Assembly: GCA_947632605.1 (NCBI GenBank)
Contig: CANRPX010000001.1
Location: 198,416-262,415 of the forward strand
Length of the DNA: 64,000 nt
Reading direction: 5' to 3'
From: an uncultured Clostridia bacterium
Lineage (GTDB): Bacteria > Bacillota > Clostridia > TANB77 > CAG-508
Below are positions 29,845 to 41,200 of this stretch, in pieces. The notes under the pieces are model-generated. The model did not search any database. It was not told the DNA's origin and was given only the letters and a program-made list of their open reading frames with translations. The position numbers were made by a program, and so were the translations under genes. Position 1 is the first letter of the stretch. Each line of letters starts with the position of its first letter.

Positions 29845-31144
29845 TAAAAGTAGATTACCAATTGTTTTATTTTTAATAGTGCTTATAAATTATTATCCAC
29901 TATTTATGAATAACTTTAATACTACAAAATCTGTTGCTGTTACTGTAAAACAAATGGGAATTGCTTTTGCAATTGAATGTATTCTTTTAGCACTATTTAT
30001 TTTTAACAACACAAAAATAACTAAAGAGACTAAAAGAAATATTGCTTTATTAAGTGTAGTTACTATAATTACTTTAATAATTCAAGTTAAAAACTTTTTT
30101 GATGGAAAATTTCAAATAATGGATTTAGCAAATATAACTTGCATAACATTAAATATAGCTATGCTTTTTATATGTGTTTTAAGTATTATTAAAGTAAAAC
30201 AAACATCCATATATCTTTTCTATATAGGAATAGTTTTAATTGGAATTCTTGCATGTGTTGTTAATTTTATAATATATTCTGAAAATATGCTTACAGTATT
30301 TGGAATTAATTCGGAAGCTCAATTAGTTAGTATAAAAAGTTTTTTTGCACATAGAAATCAATTTGCTTTCTTTTTATATTTTTCTATAGCTTCTACAGTT
30401 ATTTTATTTTTAAAGTCTCATAAAATAAGACCCAAAATAGTACTAAGTATTATATTTTTATTTTTCTTATTTAATTTAATAACAACAGCTTCAAGAACAG
30501 GATTATTATGTACAGGGATTTTTCTAACATTATTTTTTATTACTACTAATAAAATACATAAAAAAACAAAAATAATATTAGTTTTATTAGCAATTTTAAT
30601 TGCAATTTCATGTTGGGGAATGATAAAACTTCGTCTTCCAAATCTTCAAGAAAAAATAATAAAAGTTTTAGAAAACGTATTTATAAGAGAAAAATCAATA
30701 AAAACCTTTACTGGAAGAAGTAATTTTTGGAATTTAGCTTTCCAAACAATTTCAAAAAATCCAGTAAATATGTTATTTGGAATTGGTAGGTTTGTAGGTC
30801 TAGAATTATTAAAAGAAAATAATTATAGGGTTACTCAATTTCATAGCTTTTATGTAGAAGCTTTAGTAGCTGGTGGAATAATGGAATTACTTTATTTTTT
30901 ATACATATATATAACTGTGTTAAGAAAAATTCTAAAATCTAATTTAAGAACAAAATATAAAAGATTTTATATTTCACTTTATATTAGTTTTGCTATTTAT
31001 TGTGGTTTCGAAAGCATAGCAAGATTTTCAATTGGATGTGTAGACACAATGTGTTTAATTTTTGTGATTACTATTCCTCTATTGCATGCAAACAGCAAAC
31101 TTAATGTTAAAAAGTGGAAGAAAGTAGGAGAGATAAATAAATGA
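29819..31144 (+). CDS. wzy: O-antigen ligase / Wzy-type polymerase family membrane protein
   Basis: 10-12 TM with a larger periplasmic loop, and the ASRTGLL motif region typical of Wzy_C. Confidence 0.5.
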   Translation: MKILNKIFNKSRLPIVLFLIVLINYYPLFMNNFNTTKSVAVTVKQMGIAFAIECILLALFIFNNTKITKETKRNIALLSVVTIITLIIQVKNFFDGKFQIMDLANITCITLNIAMLFICVLSIIKVKQTSIYLFYIGIVLIGILACVVNFIIYSENMLTVFGINSEAQLVSIKSFFAHRNQFAFFLYFSIASTVILFLKSHKIRPKIVLSIIFLFFLFNLITTASRTGLLCTGIFLTLFFITTNKIHKKTKIILVLLAILIAISCWGMIKLRLPNLQEKIIKVLENVFIREKSIKTFTGRSNFWNLAFQTISKNPVNMLFGIGRFVGLELLKENNYRVTQFHSFYVEALVAGGIMELLYFLYIYITVLRKILKSNLRTKYKRFYISLYISFAIYCGFESIARFSIGCVDTMCLIFVITIPLLHANSKLNVKKWKKVGEINK

Positions 31145-32187
31145 TTTTAAAATGTATAATGACTTTAATTATATTTGTTATAGCCCCTTTTTTACTAGGA
31201 TTATTAATAACAAATTTTCTAAAAAAAGAAAAGTATAATTTATTATTTGCGATATTAATAGGTTATTTAGTAGAATTTGCTATATGTGAATTAATTTCTG
31301 TTCCAATGATTTTTATGGGAAAAAATTTTATTTTTCTATTTAAAACTTATGTAATTATAGTTGGAATTTTAATGATTATATCAATAATTATAAACAGAAA
31401 TAATTTTAAAGAAATATTTTATGCTACAATAAAAGGCTTTAAAAATTTACCTAAAATATTAAGTGCAGTTTGCATAATATTAATTGCTTTTCAAATTTAT
31501 ATGTTTGTAGCTTACACACATATAGATGATGATGATGCTTTTTATATTGGTTCTATTACAACAACTTTGCAAACAAATTCATTATATAAATATTCTCCAA
31601 CTACAGGATCAACTTCAGGAGAGCATTTGGACTTAAGATACAGATTAGCTCCATTTCCTTTACTTATGACAATAGTTTCAAAGTTAATTAATATGCATCC
31701 AGATATAGTTTCACATATTGTTTTTCCAATTTTTATATTACCAGTAATATACACTGTATATTATCTTTTAGCAAAAAAAATTTTTAATGAAGATATAAAA
31801 TCATCAATAATTTTTGTAATAATAATTAATATTTTAAATATATTTAGTGGATATTCAAATAGAACTCCTGGAGCTTTCTTACTTTTCCGTATATGGCAGG
31901 GAAAAGCACTACTTTGTAACTTGATATTACCAGCAATTTGGTTAGTTGTTTTAAAAGCTAGTGAAAATAATTACAATTTGGTATATTGTATTATATTAAT
32001 AATATTAAACACAGCTGGAAATCTTACAACAACAATGGCAATTGGATTATCACCAATTGTATTAGTAAGTTTAGTATTTGTACTTGAATTTGTAAACTTT
32101 AAACCTAAAAAATTTATTACAAATATGATTAAAAGTGTAATATGTTGTTTACCAAGTATAGTTTATGGTTTAATTTATTTTTTATAG
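31141..32187 (+). CDS. polytopic membrane protein, unknown (possible second polymerase/acyltransferase)
   Basis: 348 aa and highly hydrophobic. Translationally coupled (ATGA overlap). Confidence 0.4.
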   Translation: MILKCIMTLIIFVIAPFLLGLLITNFLKKEKYNLLFAILIGYLVEFAICELISVPMIFMGKNFIFLFKTYVIIVGILMIISIIINRNNFKEIFYATIKGFKNLPKILSAVCIILIAFQIYMFVAYTHIDDDDAFYIGSITTTLQTNSLYKYSPTTGSTSGEHLDLRYRLAPFPLLMTIVSKLINMHPDIVSHIVFPIFILPVIYTVYYLLAKKIFNEDIKSSIIFVIIINILNIFSGYSNRTPGAFLLFRIWQGKALLCNLILPAIWLVVLKASENNYNLVYCIILIILNTAGNLTTTMAIGLSPIVLVSLVFVLEFVNFKPKKFITNMIKSVICCLPSIVYGLIYFL

Positions 32188-32209
32188 TTTAATAGTTTAA
32201 GGAGAAGAT

Positions 32210-32965
32210 ATGTTTCAAAATAATATAGAAATAATAAAAAATACCTTTGAAGAATACAAAGGTCAAGGAATGTATATAGCATTATTTTTGGTAGGAATAT
32301 TATATATTTTATTAAAAGAAAAAGATAAAAAAATGAAAATTTTATTTGTTTTTTATCCACTATTAACATTGTTGATAACACTAAATCCAATATTTAATAA
32401 ATTAATAGGACATATTTTTAAGAGTAGTACATATTGGAGAGTTTATTGGATAATTCCTTTAGGAATAGTCATAGCTTATGCATCAATTTTATTTATAAAA
32501 GAAAATCAAGAAAAAAGTAAAAAAGTATTATGTGCTTTAGGAATAGTTATAATAATTATGGCTAGTGGAAAACTAATTTATAATAATGCAAATTTTTATA
32601 AAACAGGAAATTTGTATAAATTACCAGATGAAAGCATACTTGTTGCACAATTAATAGGAGAAGATGATGCTGAATATAAGAAGGCAATTGTGCCAGAAAC
32701 ATTAGTTGCATATATTAGACAGATAGATGCAAGTATAGAGTTATTGTATAAAAGAGATCCAGAAGGAAAATATGATGAGAATCCTGCATGGAGAGAATTA
32801 AATTCGGGAAATGTAAGTGGCATAACAAAAATTGCAAAATCAAAAAAATGCAATTATATAGTTTTTAAAAAAGCAACAGTTTTAACTGAGAAAATGGAAG
32901 ATTACGGATTTGAAAAACTAAATGAAACACCAAATTATGCAATTTATAAATACATAGAACAATAA
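32210..32965 (+). CDS. membrane-anchored hypothetical protein (N-terminal TM helices plus a soluble domain)
   Basis: 251 aa. Two or three N-terminal TM segments. Confidence 0.4.
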   Translation: MFQNNIEIIKNTFEEYKGQGMYIALFLVGILYILLKEKDKKMKILFVFYPLLTLLITLNPIFNKLIGHIFKSSTYWRVYWIIPLGIVIAYASILFIKENQEKSKKVLCALGIVIIIMASGKLIYNNANFYKTGNLYKLPDESILVAQLIGEDDAEYKKAIVPETLVAYIRQIDASIELLYKRDPEGKYDENPAWRELNSGNVSGITKIAKSKKCNYIVFKKATVLTEKMEDYGFEKLNETPNYAIYKYIEQ

Positions 32966-32989
32966 TAGAAAAAAGGAGTGCAAAATAAG

Positions 32990-33985
32990 ATGAAGATATT
33001 AGTAACAGGTGGGCTAGGTTTTATTGGTTCACATACTGTTGTAGAACTTGCAAAAGAAAATAATGAAGTAATTATTATAGATAATCTTTATAATAGTAAA
33101 ATAGATGTTTTAGAAAATTTAGAAAAAATTACTGGAAAAAATTTTAAGTTTTATGAATGTGATTTAAAAAATAAAGAAGAACTAGAAAAAGTTTTTAAAG
33201 AAAATGAAATTGATAGTGTAATACATTTTGCAGGATATAAAGCTGTTGGAGAATCAGTAAAAAAACCATTAATGTATTATTCAAATAATTTGGTAAGTAC
33301 AATGAATCTTTTAGAAATAATGGATAAATATGGTATTAAAAAATTTGTTTTTAGTTCATCTGCTACTGTTTATGGAAATCCTGGTATTGTTAAATATACT
33401 GAAGATTTAGGAAGAGGACAAGCAAGTAGTCCTTATGGAACAACAAAATGTATAATAGAAAAAATGTTAGAAGATTTATATTTTTCAGATAATACTTGGA
33501 ACATTAGTATTCTTAGATACTTTAATCCAGTAGGAGCACATGAATCAGGCTTAATAGGCGAAGAACCAAATGGAATTCCAAATAATTTAATGCCTTATAT
33601 TATGAAAGTAGCATCTGGAAAATTAGAAATGTTAAGTGTTTTTGGAAATGATTATCCAACACCTGATGGAACAGGAATAAGAGATTATATACATGTTGTT
33701 GACCTTGCAAAAGGACATGTAAAAGCATTAGAAAAGATGAAAGAAGGAGTAAATTATTACAATTTAGGTTCAGGAAAAGGGGTAAGTGTTTTAGAACTTG
33801 TAAATACATTTGAAAAAGTAAATAATGTAAAAGTAAATTATAAAGTTGTAGGTAGAAGAGATGGAGATTTAGCAGAATATTATGCTGATCCATCAAAGGC
33901 TTTGAACGAACTTAATTGGAAAACAGAAAAAACTCTAGAAGATATTTGTAGAGATTCTTGGAATTATGAAAAAAATAATAAATAA
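32990..33985 (+). CDS. galE: UDP-glucose 4-epimerase
   Basis: MKILVTGGLGFIGSH, YGTTK (YxxxK), about 332 aa. The ATG at 32990 is 11 nt after AGGAG. Confidence 0.9.
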   Translation: MKILVTGGLGFIGSHTVVELAKENNEVIIIDNLYNSKIDVLENLEKITGKNFKFYECDLKNKEELEKVFKENEIDSVIHFAGYKAVGESVKKPLMYYSNNLVSTMNLLEIMDKYGIKKFVFSSSATVYGNPGIVKYTEDLGRGQASSPYGTTKCIIEKMLEDLYFSDNTWNISILRYFNPVGAHESGLIGEEPNGIPNNLMPYIMKVASGKLEMLSVFGNDYPTPDGTGIRDYIHVVDLAKGHVKALEKMKEGVNYYNLGSGKGVSVLELVNTFEKVNNVKVNYKVVGRRDGDLAEYYADPSKALNELNWKTEKTLEDICRDSWNYEKNNK

Positions 33986-34008
33986 AATTAAAAAAAGAAA
34001 GATAAAAA

Positions 34009-34041
34009 GGGCTTAAATATTTTGATATTTAAGCCTTTTTT
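34009..34041 (+). terminator. Rho-independent terminator
   Basis: GGGCTTAAATAT-tttg-ATATTTAAGCC followed by T6. Confidence 0.75.
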
Positions 34042-34143
34042 GAGCACAAAAAATTCACAATTAAATGTTCTTAAAATGTTGAAAATAATATGTTTAAATG
34101 ATATAATACACGAGTAAAATTATTGGGTAAAAAAGGAAAAAAT

Positions 34144-34935
34144 ATGGAATTTTTTAGAATACTTTTTAAAAATAGAAAATTAGCTATTAAACTTGGAAAA
34201 AATGATTTTAGAAATAGATTTGCAAATACAAGTTTGGGAACAGTATGGGGATTTGCACAGCCTTTTGTGTTTATGATTACTTATGTAATTGTATTTCAAT
34301 ATATCTTAAAATCTGGAAGCAGTGGAGAATATCCTTATGTAGTATGGTTTTTACCAGGAATGTCTATGTGGATGTTTTGCAGTGATGCGATTCTAACTTC
34401 AAGTAATTCAATTAGAAATTACAGTTATTTAGTAAAAAAAGTTGTATTTCCAGTTGACATTATTCCAGTAATATCGCTTACATCAGCTAGTTTTATAGGT
34501 GTATTTTTAATTATAATAGCAATAATTGTAGCATCATTATTTGGATATGTACCAAATTTCATAAATGTTATTTATATATTGTTTTGTGCAATTTGCTTTA
34601 TAATTGCTTTAACAAGATTTACATCAGCATTAACAACAGTAGTTCCAGATTTTGCACAACTTCTTACAATAGTAATTCAATTATGTATGTGGTTTACACC
34701 AATAATTTGGAATTTAGATTTTATTGCAGAATCTAAATTAGTATATGTATTTAAATGTATGCCATTTACTTATTTAGTAGAAGGATTTAGACAAGCTTTT
34801 ATGGAGCATTCAACAATTATTACTGAGAGCAATGGTATGTTTACTATTATTTTTTGGGTTATAACGATTTTAGTCTTTTTATGGGGAAATAGAGTTTTTA
34901 AGAAAACAAAAAAAGACTTTGCAGATGTTTTATAA
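34144..34935 (+). CDS. wzm: ABC-2 type polysaccharide/teichoic acid export permease (Wzm/TagG family)
   Basis: Six TM helices and an ABC-2 signature layout. Paired with the ATPase two genes downstream. Confidence 0.75.
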   Translation: MEFFRILFKNRKLAIKLGKNDFRNRFANTSLGTVWGFAQPFVFMITYVIVFQYILKSGSSGEYPYVVWFLPGMSMWMFCSDAILTSSNSIRNYSYLVKKVVFPVDIIPVISLTSASFIGVFLIIIAIIVASLFGYVPNFINVIYILFCAICFIIALTRFTSALTTVVPDFAQLLTIVIQLCMWFTPIIWNLDFIAESKLVYVFKCMPFTYLVEGFRQAFMEHSTIITESNGMFTIIFWVITILVFLWGNRVFKKTKKDFADVL

Positions 34936-34947
34936 GGAGAAATTTAT

Positions 34948-35862
34948 ATGAAAAAAATTTTAAAAAGAATATTAATTACAGGTTTAATAATATTTATTAT
35001 TTGTTTAATAATTTTTGCTGGATATTTAGTAAATAGATATTTAATTCCAAGAGTAGAAATGCAAGTAAGTGCAGCTGCTAATAAAGAAGAAACTGTAGAA
35101 GAAAATATAATAACAGATAATACATATAAAAGTAAAGATTTACAAATAGAAATAACAAAAGTAGAAACAGGAGAGGGTGATGATAAAGTTACATATTTTG
35201 TAGCAGATGTTAAATTGCAAAACCCTGATAGAATTGAACGTGCTTTTGCTAAAGATGAAGTAGGTACTAATATTGTAGAAAAAATGAGTTCATTAGTAGA
35301 AAAAAATAAAGCAATACTTGCTATAAATGGTGATTATTATTCATTTAGAAAAGATGGAATAATAATAGGTAATTCAGAAATATATAGAAATGTTCCATCA
35401 AGAGAAGGACTTGCTATTTATAAAGATGGCACAATGCAAATTTATGATGAAACCAAAACATCTGCAGAGCAACTTATAGAAGATGGAGTAAAATCAACAT
35501 TCTCTTTTGGACCAGTACTTGTAAGAGATCATAAAATAGATGCAGATTATACAAACTTTGCAGTAGATGGCGATAACCTTATAAGAGTAAATATAGCAGA
35601 AAGAAATCCTAGAACTGGAATTGGATATTATGAAAAAGGGCATTATTGCTTTGTTGTAGTAGATGGTAGAAATAAAGGATATAGTAGAGGTGTTACTTTA
35701 AACGAATTTGCAGAAATTTTTGAAAATTTGGGATGTGACTTTGCTTATAATTTAGATGGTGGTAGTTCAACAACTATGTATTTTATGGGAAATAAAGTAG
35801 ATATATCAAGTGTTCCAGGAAATGGCGAAAGAGAAATTAGTGATATATTATATATATATTAG
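34948..35862 (+). CDS. phosphodiester glycosidase (NAGPA-like, DUF2233) family exoprotein
   Basis: N-terminal TM anchor, ILAINGDYY and NLDGGSSTTM motifs. Confidence 0.6.
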   Translation: MKKILKRILITGLIIFIICLIIFAGYLVNRYLIPRVEMQVSAAANKEETVEENIITDNTYKSKDLQIEITKVETGEGDDKVTYFVADVKLQNPDRIERAFAKDEVGTNIVEKMSSLVEKNKAILAINGDYYSFRKDGIIIGNSEIYRNVPSREGLAIYKDGTMQIYDETKTSAEQLIEDGVKSTFSFGPVLVRDHKIDADYTNFAVDGDNLIRVNIAERNPRTGIGYYEKGHYCFVVVDGRNKGYSRGVTLNEFAEIFENLGCDFAYNLDGGSSTTMYFMGNKVDISSVPGNGEREISDILYIY

Positions 35863-35876
35863 AGAGGAATTAGATA

Positions 35877-36854
35877 GTGGAAAATAAAAATGTAGATATT
35901 TTACTTGCTACATATAATGGAGAAAAGTACTTAAAACCACAATTAGATAGTATTTTATCACAAACTTATTCTAATTTTAGATTATTAATATCAGATGATA
36001 GTTCATCAGATAATACTAGAAATATTTTAGAAGAGTATAGCAAAAAAGATAGTAGAATAATTTTATATTTTCAAGAAAAAAATCTTGGTGTAATAAAGAA
36101 CTTTGAATTTTTATTAAATAAAGTAGAATCAAAATATTATATGTTTTCAGATCAAGATGATATTTGGAAAGAAGATAAAATAGAAAAATCAATTAAAACT
36201 TTAGAAGATACTGAAAGTGATTTAGTTTATTCTGACTTAGAAGTGGTGGATGAAAATTTAAAAGTAACTTATGAATCATATTGGAAATTAAAAGGAATTT
36301 ATAAAAAAATAAAAAAATACAATAATTTTGAAAGTTTATATTTAAATAATTTTGTAACAGGGTGTACAATGCTTTCAAAAAAAGAATTGATAAATAAATT
36401 CTTGCCACTTCCAAATACTAGTAAATATGTACTTCATGATTACTGGATTTCATTAATAATTAGTCAAACTGGAAAAATAACTTATATAGAAGAACCATTA
36501 ATAAAATATAGACAACATAAAAATAATAAAATTGGTTCTAAAAAAAGGTCTGATGAGATAAAAACATTAGATGAAATAAGAAGTTTATTTATAGATGTGA
36601 AAAAACAGCATTTTAAAGTTTTTATTGATAATGAAAATAAATTTGAAAATGAAAATATTAGAAAATTAAATAAAAAATCTTTAGCATATTATGAGATGTT
36701 AGAAACAAAACATAACATTAATTTTAAAGAATGGGGATTATTTTTTAGACTTTACAAATATGAAGAATTTAATTATAAAATGCAAAATTTTATAATTTTA
36801 AATATTCCAATTTTAGCAAGATTTTTATTTAAATTAAAAAAAACTAATAAATAA
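35877..36854 (+). CDS. GT2 glycosyltransferase
   Basis: ILLATYNGEKYLKPQLDSILSQTY...DDSSSD...DQDD. Confidence 0.8.
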   Translation: MENKNVDILLATYNGEKYLKPQLDSILSQTYSNFRLLISDDSSSDNTRNILEEYSKKDSRIILYFQEKNLGVIKNFEFLLNKVESKYYMFSDQDDIWKEDKIEKSIKTLEDTESDLVYSDLEVVDENLKVTYESYWKLKGIYKKIKKYNNFESLYLNNFVTGCTMLSKKELINKFLPLPNTSKYVLHDYWISLIISQTGKITYIEEPLIKYRQHKNNKIGSKKRSDEIKTLDEIRSLFIDVKKQHFKVFIDNENKFENENIRKLNKKSLAYYEMLETKHNINFKEWGLFFRLYKYEEFNYKMQNFIILNIPILARFLFKLKKTNK

Positions 36855-36866
36855 AAGGAAAAAAGA

Positions 36867-38165
36867 ATGAGCGATACAGTAATTAAAATTTCTAATTTAA
36901 TAAAAGAATATAAGATGTATTCAAGAAAAAAAGATAGATTGTTTGAAGCAATACTTCCATTTTATAAAAAACATTCAACTTTTAAAGCATTAGATAATTT
37001 AAACTTAGAAATAAAAAAAGGAGAAGTTTTAGGAATTTTAGGAAAAAATGGAGCTGGAAAGTCTACTCTTTTAAAAATGATAACAGGAGTTGTTTCTCCA
37101 ACTTCTGGAAATATAGAAGTAAATGGAAAAATAAGTTCATTATTAGAGCTTGGAGCAGCATTTAATCCAGACTTAACAGGATATGAAAATATTTATCAAC
37201 ATGGACAAGTTATGGGATTAACAGATGAAGAAATTAAATCAAAAGAAAAAGAAATAATTGATTTTGCAGATATAGGCGAACATTTATCACAACCAGTAAA
37301 AACTTATTCATCAGGTATGTTTGCTCGTTTAGCATTTGCTTGTGCAATTAATGTTGATCCAGATATCTTAATTGTAGATGAAGTTTTATCTGTTGGAGAT
37401 ATGGCATTTCAACTTAAATGCTTTAAGAAATTTGAACAATTTAAAAATAATGGAAAAACAATAATTTTTGTAACACACAATATAAATGATGTTATGACAA
37501 ATTGTAATAGAGTTATTATTTTAGAAAATGGTAAAAAGACTTTTGATGGTACAGTAAAAGATGGTGTTGATAGATATAAAAAAATAATTGTAGGATTAGA
37601 TCCAGATGAAAACATTAAAAATGAAACTGAAGAAATAGAAATTTCAAATTCAGAAATAAATTCAAATGAAAATAATTTAAAAACTTGGAAAAAGGACTTT
37701 AATCAAAATCCTAATATGATTGAATATGGAAATAGAGAAGCAGAAGTTATAGATTATGGAATTTTTGATAAAGAAGGAAATCCTGTAAGTATTTTTGATA
37801 ATGGCGATTATGTAACTTTTAAATCAAAAGTAAAATTTAATAAAGAAGTTAAAGAACCAATTTTCACAGTAACTTTAAAAGATTTTACTGGAAAAGACAT
37901 TACAGGAACAAATTCTAATATTGAAAAGATTTCGACTGGGACATATAAAAAAGGAGATATAGTAGTTACAGAATTTACGCAAAAAGTACCTATAGCTCCT
38001 GGAAAATATACACTTTCTTTTAGTTGTACAAAATATAATGCTAAAGGAGAATTAGAAGCATTGAATAGAAAATATGATGCTTTACTTGTTGAAGTTATTA
38101 CAACCAAAAGTACAGTAGGATTAGTTAGATTAGATTCAAAAATAAATATAAAAAAAATAAATTAA
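36867..38165 (+). CDS. wzt: ABC transporter ATP-binding protein with a C-terminal carbohydrate-binding domain (Wzt/TagH-like)
   Basis: Walker A GKNGAGKST, signature YSSGMFARL, Walker B ILIVDE. An extra C-terminal beta-sandwich of about 160 aa is typical of Wzt_C. Confidence 0.8.
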   Translation: MSDTVIKISNLIKEYKMYSRKKDRLFEAILPFYKKHSTFKALDNLNLEIKKGEVLGILGKNGAGKSTLLKMITGVVSPTSGNIEVNGKISSLLELGAAFNPDLTGYENIYQHGQVMGLTDEEIKSKEKEIIDFADIGEHLSQPVKTYSSGMFARLAFACAINVDPDILIVDEVLSVGDMAFQLKCFKKFEQFKNNGKTIIFVTHNINDVMTNCNRVIILENGKKTFDGTVKDGVDRYKKIIVGLDPDENIKNETEEIEISNSEINSNENNLKTWKKDFNQNPNMIEYGNREAEVIDYGIFDKEGNPVSIFDNGDYVTFKSKVKFNKEVKEPIFTVTLKDFTGKDITGTNSNIEKISTGTYKKGDIVVTEFTQKVPIAPGKYTLSFSCTKYNAKGELEALNRKYDALLVEVITTKSTVGLVRLDSKINIKKIN

Positions 38166-38234
38166 AATTATATTAGTTTTTCTTAAAAACTTAAATTTAT
38201 AAAGGAGCTATGTAAATTACATAGATAATATTAA

Positions 38235-41200
38235 ATGAAAGATATTTTATCACAATTTGAAAAAAATATAATTTCTTGGTATCCAATAGAAAGAAATAAA
38301 AAAGTTCTAGAAATTGAAAATTCTGAAGAAATAGTAAATGAATTAAAAAACAAAACTTCAGAAATTAAATCAATATCTCTAGAGCAAATTTGTGATGCAA
38401 ATGAAAATAATTTTGATTATGTAGTTTTAATAGGCACTTTTGAAAAATTAAATAGTGAAGAAGAAATTTTAAATTTATTAGATTTTTCTAAAAAAAGCTT
38501 AAAAAAAGATGGAAAAATTCTTTTAGCTATGCAAAATAAATTTGGTATGAAATACTGGACTGGAGAGAGTATTAATAATGAAAAACCATATTTATCAATA
38601 GTATCAGATAAAGAAAATATATTAGGATTAACAAAAATAAAAAATATTTTAAATAATCTAAATTTAAAATTTAAAATTTATTATTCACTTCCTGACTATA
38701 AATTAACAAATGTTATTTTTACAGATGATTTTATGCCAGACAATGAAAGTATTGATGCAAGAGATTTAAGTTTTGTAGATAAAGAAAACGTTTTGAATTT
38801 CTCAGAAAGAGATGCTTATAAACAAATATTAAAAGACGATAAAAATATGTTTCCTTTTTTTGCAAATTCATTTTTTATTGAAATTGCAAACAATGATAAC
38901 TTTGAAGATGTGAAATTTGTTAGTTTTGGAATTACTAGAAAAAAAGAATATAGAATAAAAACAATTATAAAGAATGATTATGTTTATAAATATGCAAATG
39001 ATAATGATTTAAACCATATACAAAATATTCTTAAAAATATTAATATATTAAAACAAAATAATATAGAAGTACTTGGAGAATTTAAAAATAACGGAATAGA
39101 GAGCGTATTTTTAAAACAAGCGAAATCTTTAGATAAAGTTTTAATGGAAATTTATTTTAAAGATGGATTAGAAAAAACTATTAAAATTATCGAAGAATTT
39201 AGAGAAAATATATTAAATAAATTGTTAAATGAAAAACCAGATGGAAAAGATATATTTGAAAAATATGAAATTAAATTGCCAGTAAAGTTAAAAGAAAAAA
39301 TGCATTTTACTAAAAATGGAATTTTAGATTTAATTTTTCAAAATTGTTTGATAAAAGATAATATTTTATATGCTTATGATCAAGAATGGTATGAAGAAAA
39401 TGTTCCAATAGAATTTATATTATATAGAGCTATAATTTATTTTACTGAATTAAGAAATAATGAAAATATAGATAAAATATTTGAATTATTAAATTTAAAT
39501 GAATATGTAGAGTATTTTGAAATTTTAGAAAATAAAATTCAAGAAAAATTAGTAGATCAAGATATGTGGAAACTTCATGTTGAAACTATTAGAGAAATAG
39601 GAAATACTAGAGAAATTTTAGATAATTATAAAAAGAGATTATCTTCTGCAAATACTCATATTCAAAATTTAGAAAACAATGTAGAAGAATACAAAAAAGG
39701 AATAGATGATTTAACAAAATTAGTTCAAGATAAAGATGTACAGTTAGTTGATTATGCAAATCAATTAAGAGCAATATCAAATTCTTTATCTTGGAAAATA
39801 ACAAAACCAGTTAGAATTTTTACTTGGATGTTTAATCCATTTAATGGTGCTACTTTCATAGATAGAATTATGCCACCAGGTGGAAGAAGAAGAATAGAAT
39901 ATGATAAAAAACAAACAGAGAAAAAATATGCTAAAAAAGTAGAAAATTATTTTAAATTATCTGATGATGAGACTGCTGAATATTGGAAAGGAATAGATCA
40001 TAGAAAATATTTAAAATATGAAAAAGATTTAAAAAGAGCAGAAGAAGATGAAGAATATTCTGATTATGAAAAATGGATAAAAGAAAATACACCAAGTGAC
40101 CAAGAAATTGAAAAACAAGAAAAAACAAGATTTAGAAAAAGGCCTAAAATTAGTATTGTTGTTCCACTTTATAATACAGACACTGAATTTTTTAGAGAGC
40201 TTTTATATACTGTACATTCACAAACTTATAAAAAATGGGAATTATGTTTAGCAGATGGCAGTGAAGAACCATTAGAAGAAATTAAATCAATGGTAGAAAA
40301 AGATAAAAGAATAAAATACAAATTTTTAGGAGAAAACAAAGGAATTGCTGAAAATACTAATAGAGCAATAGAAATGGCAACAGGTGATTTTATATCACTT
40401 TTAGACCATGATGATATGCTTGATATAAGTGCTTTGTATGAAGTAGTAAAAGTTATAAATGAAAATAAAAATGTAGATTTTATATATACAGATGAAGACA
40501 AATTTCATTTTATAGATGAACCATATTTTGCACCACATTTTAAACCAGATTTTGCACCAGATACTTTAAGAGCAAATAATTATATTTGTCATTTTAGTGT
40601 ATTTAAAAAAGAATTATTAAAAGAAATTGGTGGTTTCAATTCTGATTATAATGGAGCACAGGATTTTGACATTATTTTAAGAATGTCAGAAAAAGCTAAA
40701 AAAATAGTTCATATTCCAAAGGTTTTATATCATTGGAGAATACATAAGGGTTCTACTTCAATGACTCAAGAAGCAAAGCCTTATGCAATAGATGCTGGAA
40801 AAAGAGCTATTGAAGCACATCTAGAAAGAATTGGATTAAAAGGACAAGTATCAGAAGGAATAAATTCTGGAACATATAAAATAGATTATGAAGTAATAGG
40901 AAATCCAAAAGTTTCTATTCTTATACCAAATAAAGATGAAGAAGAAACTTTAAAAACTTGTATAAATTCTATTTTAAATAAAACAACTTATAGCAATTAT
41001 GAAATTATAATAATAGAAAATAATAGTAAAACAGATGAAATATTTGATTATTATAAAGAGCTATTAAAATCTAATAAAATAAAAATTTTAAATTATAACA
41101 CTGGAAAATTTATAGAAAATGAAAAAGAGTGTAGTAAAAAATATTCTGAAGAAAATGAAAGAGAAGATTTAAATCATGAATTTAATTATTCTTCAATTAT

